Source: Octopus sinensis (Eukaryota). Taken from it: DNA of 64,000 nucleotides. The notes beneath the pieces were generated by a model. It did not search any database and was not told the DNA's origin. It saw only the letters and a list, made by a program, of their open reading frames with translations. Within the stretch, counting starts at the first letter, position 1; each line of letters begins with the position of its first letter. Shown one piece after another: positions 63,602-64,000 of this stretch. Made by a program: the position numbers and the translations under genes. The DNA is taken from assembly GCF_006345805.1 (NCBI RefSeq), contig NC_043020.1, positions 10,850,001-10,914,000 of the forward strand, read 5' to 3'.

Positions 63602-64000
63602 TAGTGTAAAGACAAACAAAAGAAAGTGGCAGTCAACGCATTAGTTGGAAGGAAAGACAGAGGGAGACAGACATAAAAGTAGACAGTTTTATGGAAAAAC
63701 GTGTGAGCAAAAAAAAATAATGCAATCTGCAGATAAAAGAAATTAATGAATATGGCGGAAACATGGTTTCTTGACTTTTTGTGTCTTATACAAATAAAAA
63801 GGAAAAAGATTTACTGAAGGGTAAAAGTGTAACAAAAAAATTATTATTAAAGAAAACGAAACATGGAAAACAGCGGAAAACAGGTTTTAAATTATTATTT
63901 TAGCGGTGATGCAAAGAACGATGGTGAGAGAGGATCACAAGATGCTTGAAAACTATGAAATGATTTTTCTTTATGAAAAGTTCCCCTCTACTCTTCATTT

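Overview
AT-rich, repeat-dense animal genomic DNA. The tRNA-derived SINEs, RTE tails and (TA)n microsatellites look like a coleoid cephalopod, most likely Octopus (recognised from memory, not searched). The main content is a cluster of three paralogous, divergent TNF-superfamily ligand-like genes sharing one exon/phase architecture: [TM exon]-phase 0-[Pro-rich stalk exon]-phase 1-[48-nt exon]-phase 1-[terminal TNF-homology exon]. Gene 1 is on + (2370-14656). Gene 2 is on - (29284-21409); all four exons including the TM exon are visible, but it has two apparent frameshifts. Gene 3 is on - (60222-55440). First exons of genes 1 and 3 were not found and probably lie outside the window. The ORF track shows only parts of these genes. 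The rest is mobile DNA: a near full-length degenerate RTE LINE, a solo LTR, hAT, piggyBac-like and Merlin-like MITEs, a Helitron, Penelope-type fragments with minimal hammerhead motifs, and a 5S rRNA-SINE-tail chimera. A 12-kb array of six 1.54-kb units has junctions recording SINE-SINE unequal recombination, and several young satellites have visible single-copy ancestors. All alignments and counts were done by hand; repeat boundaries are approximate unless a TSD is quoted.
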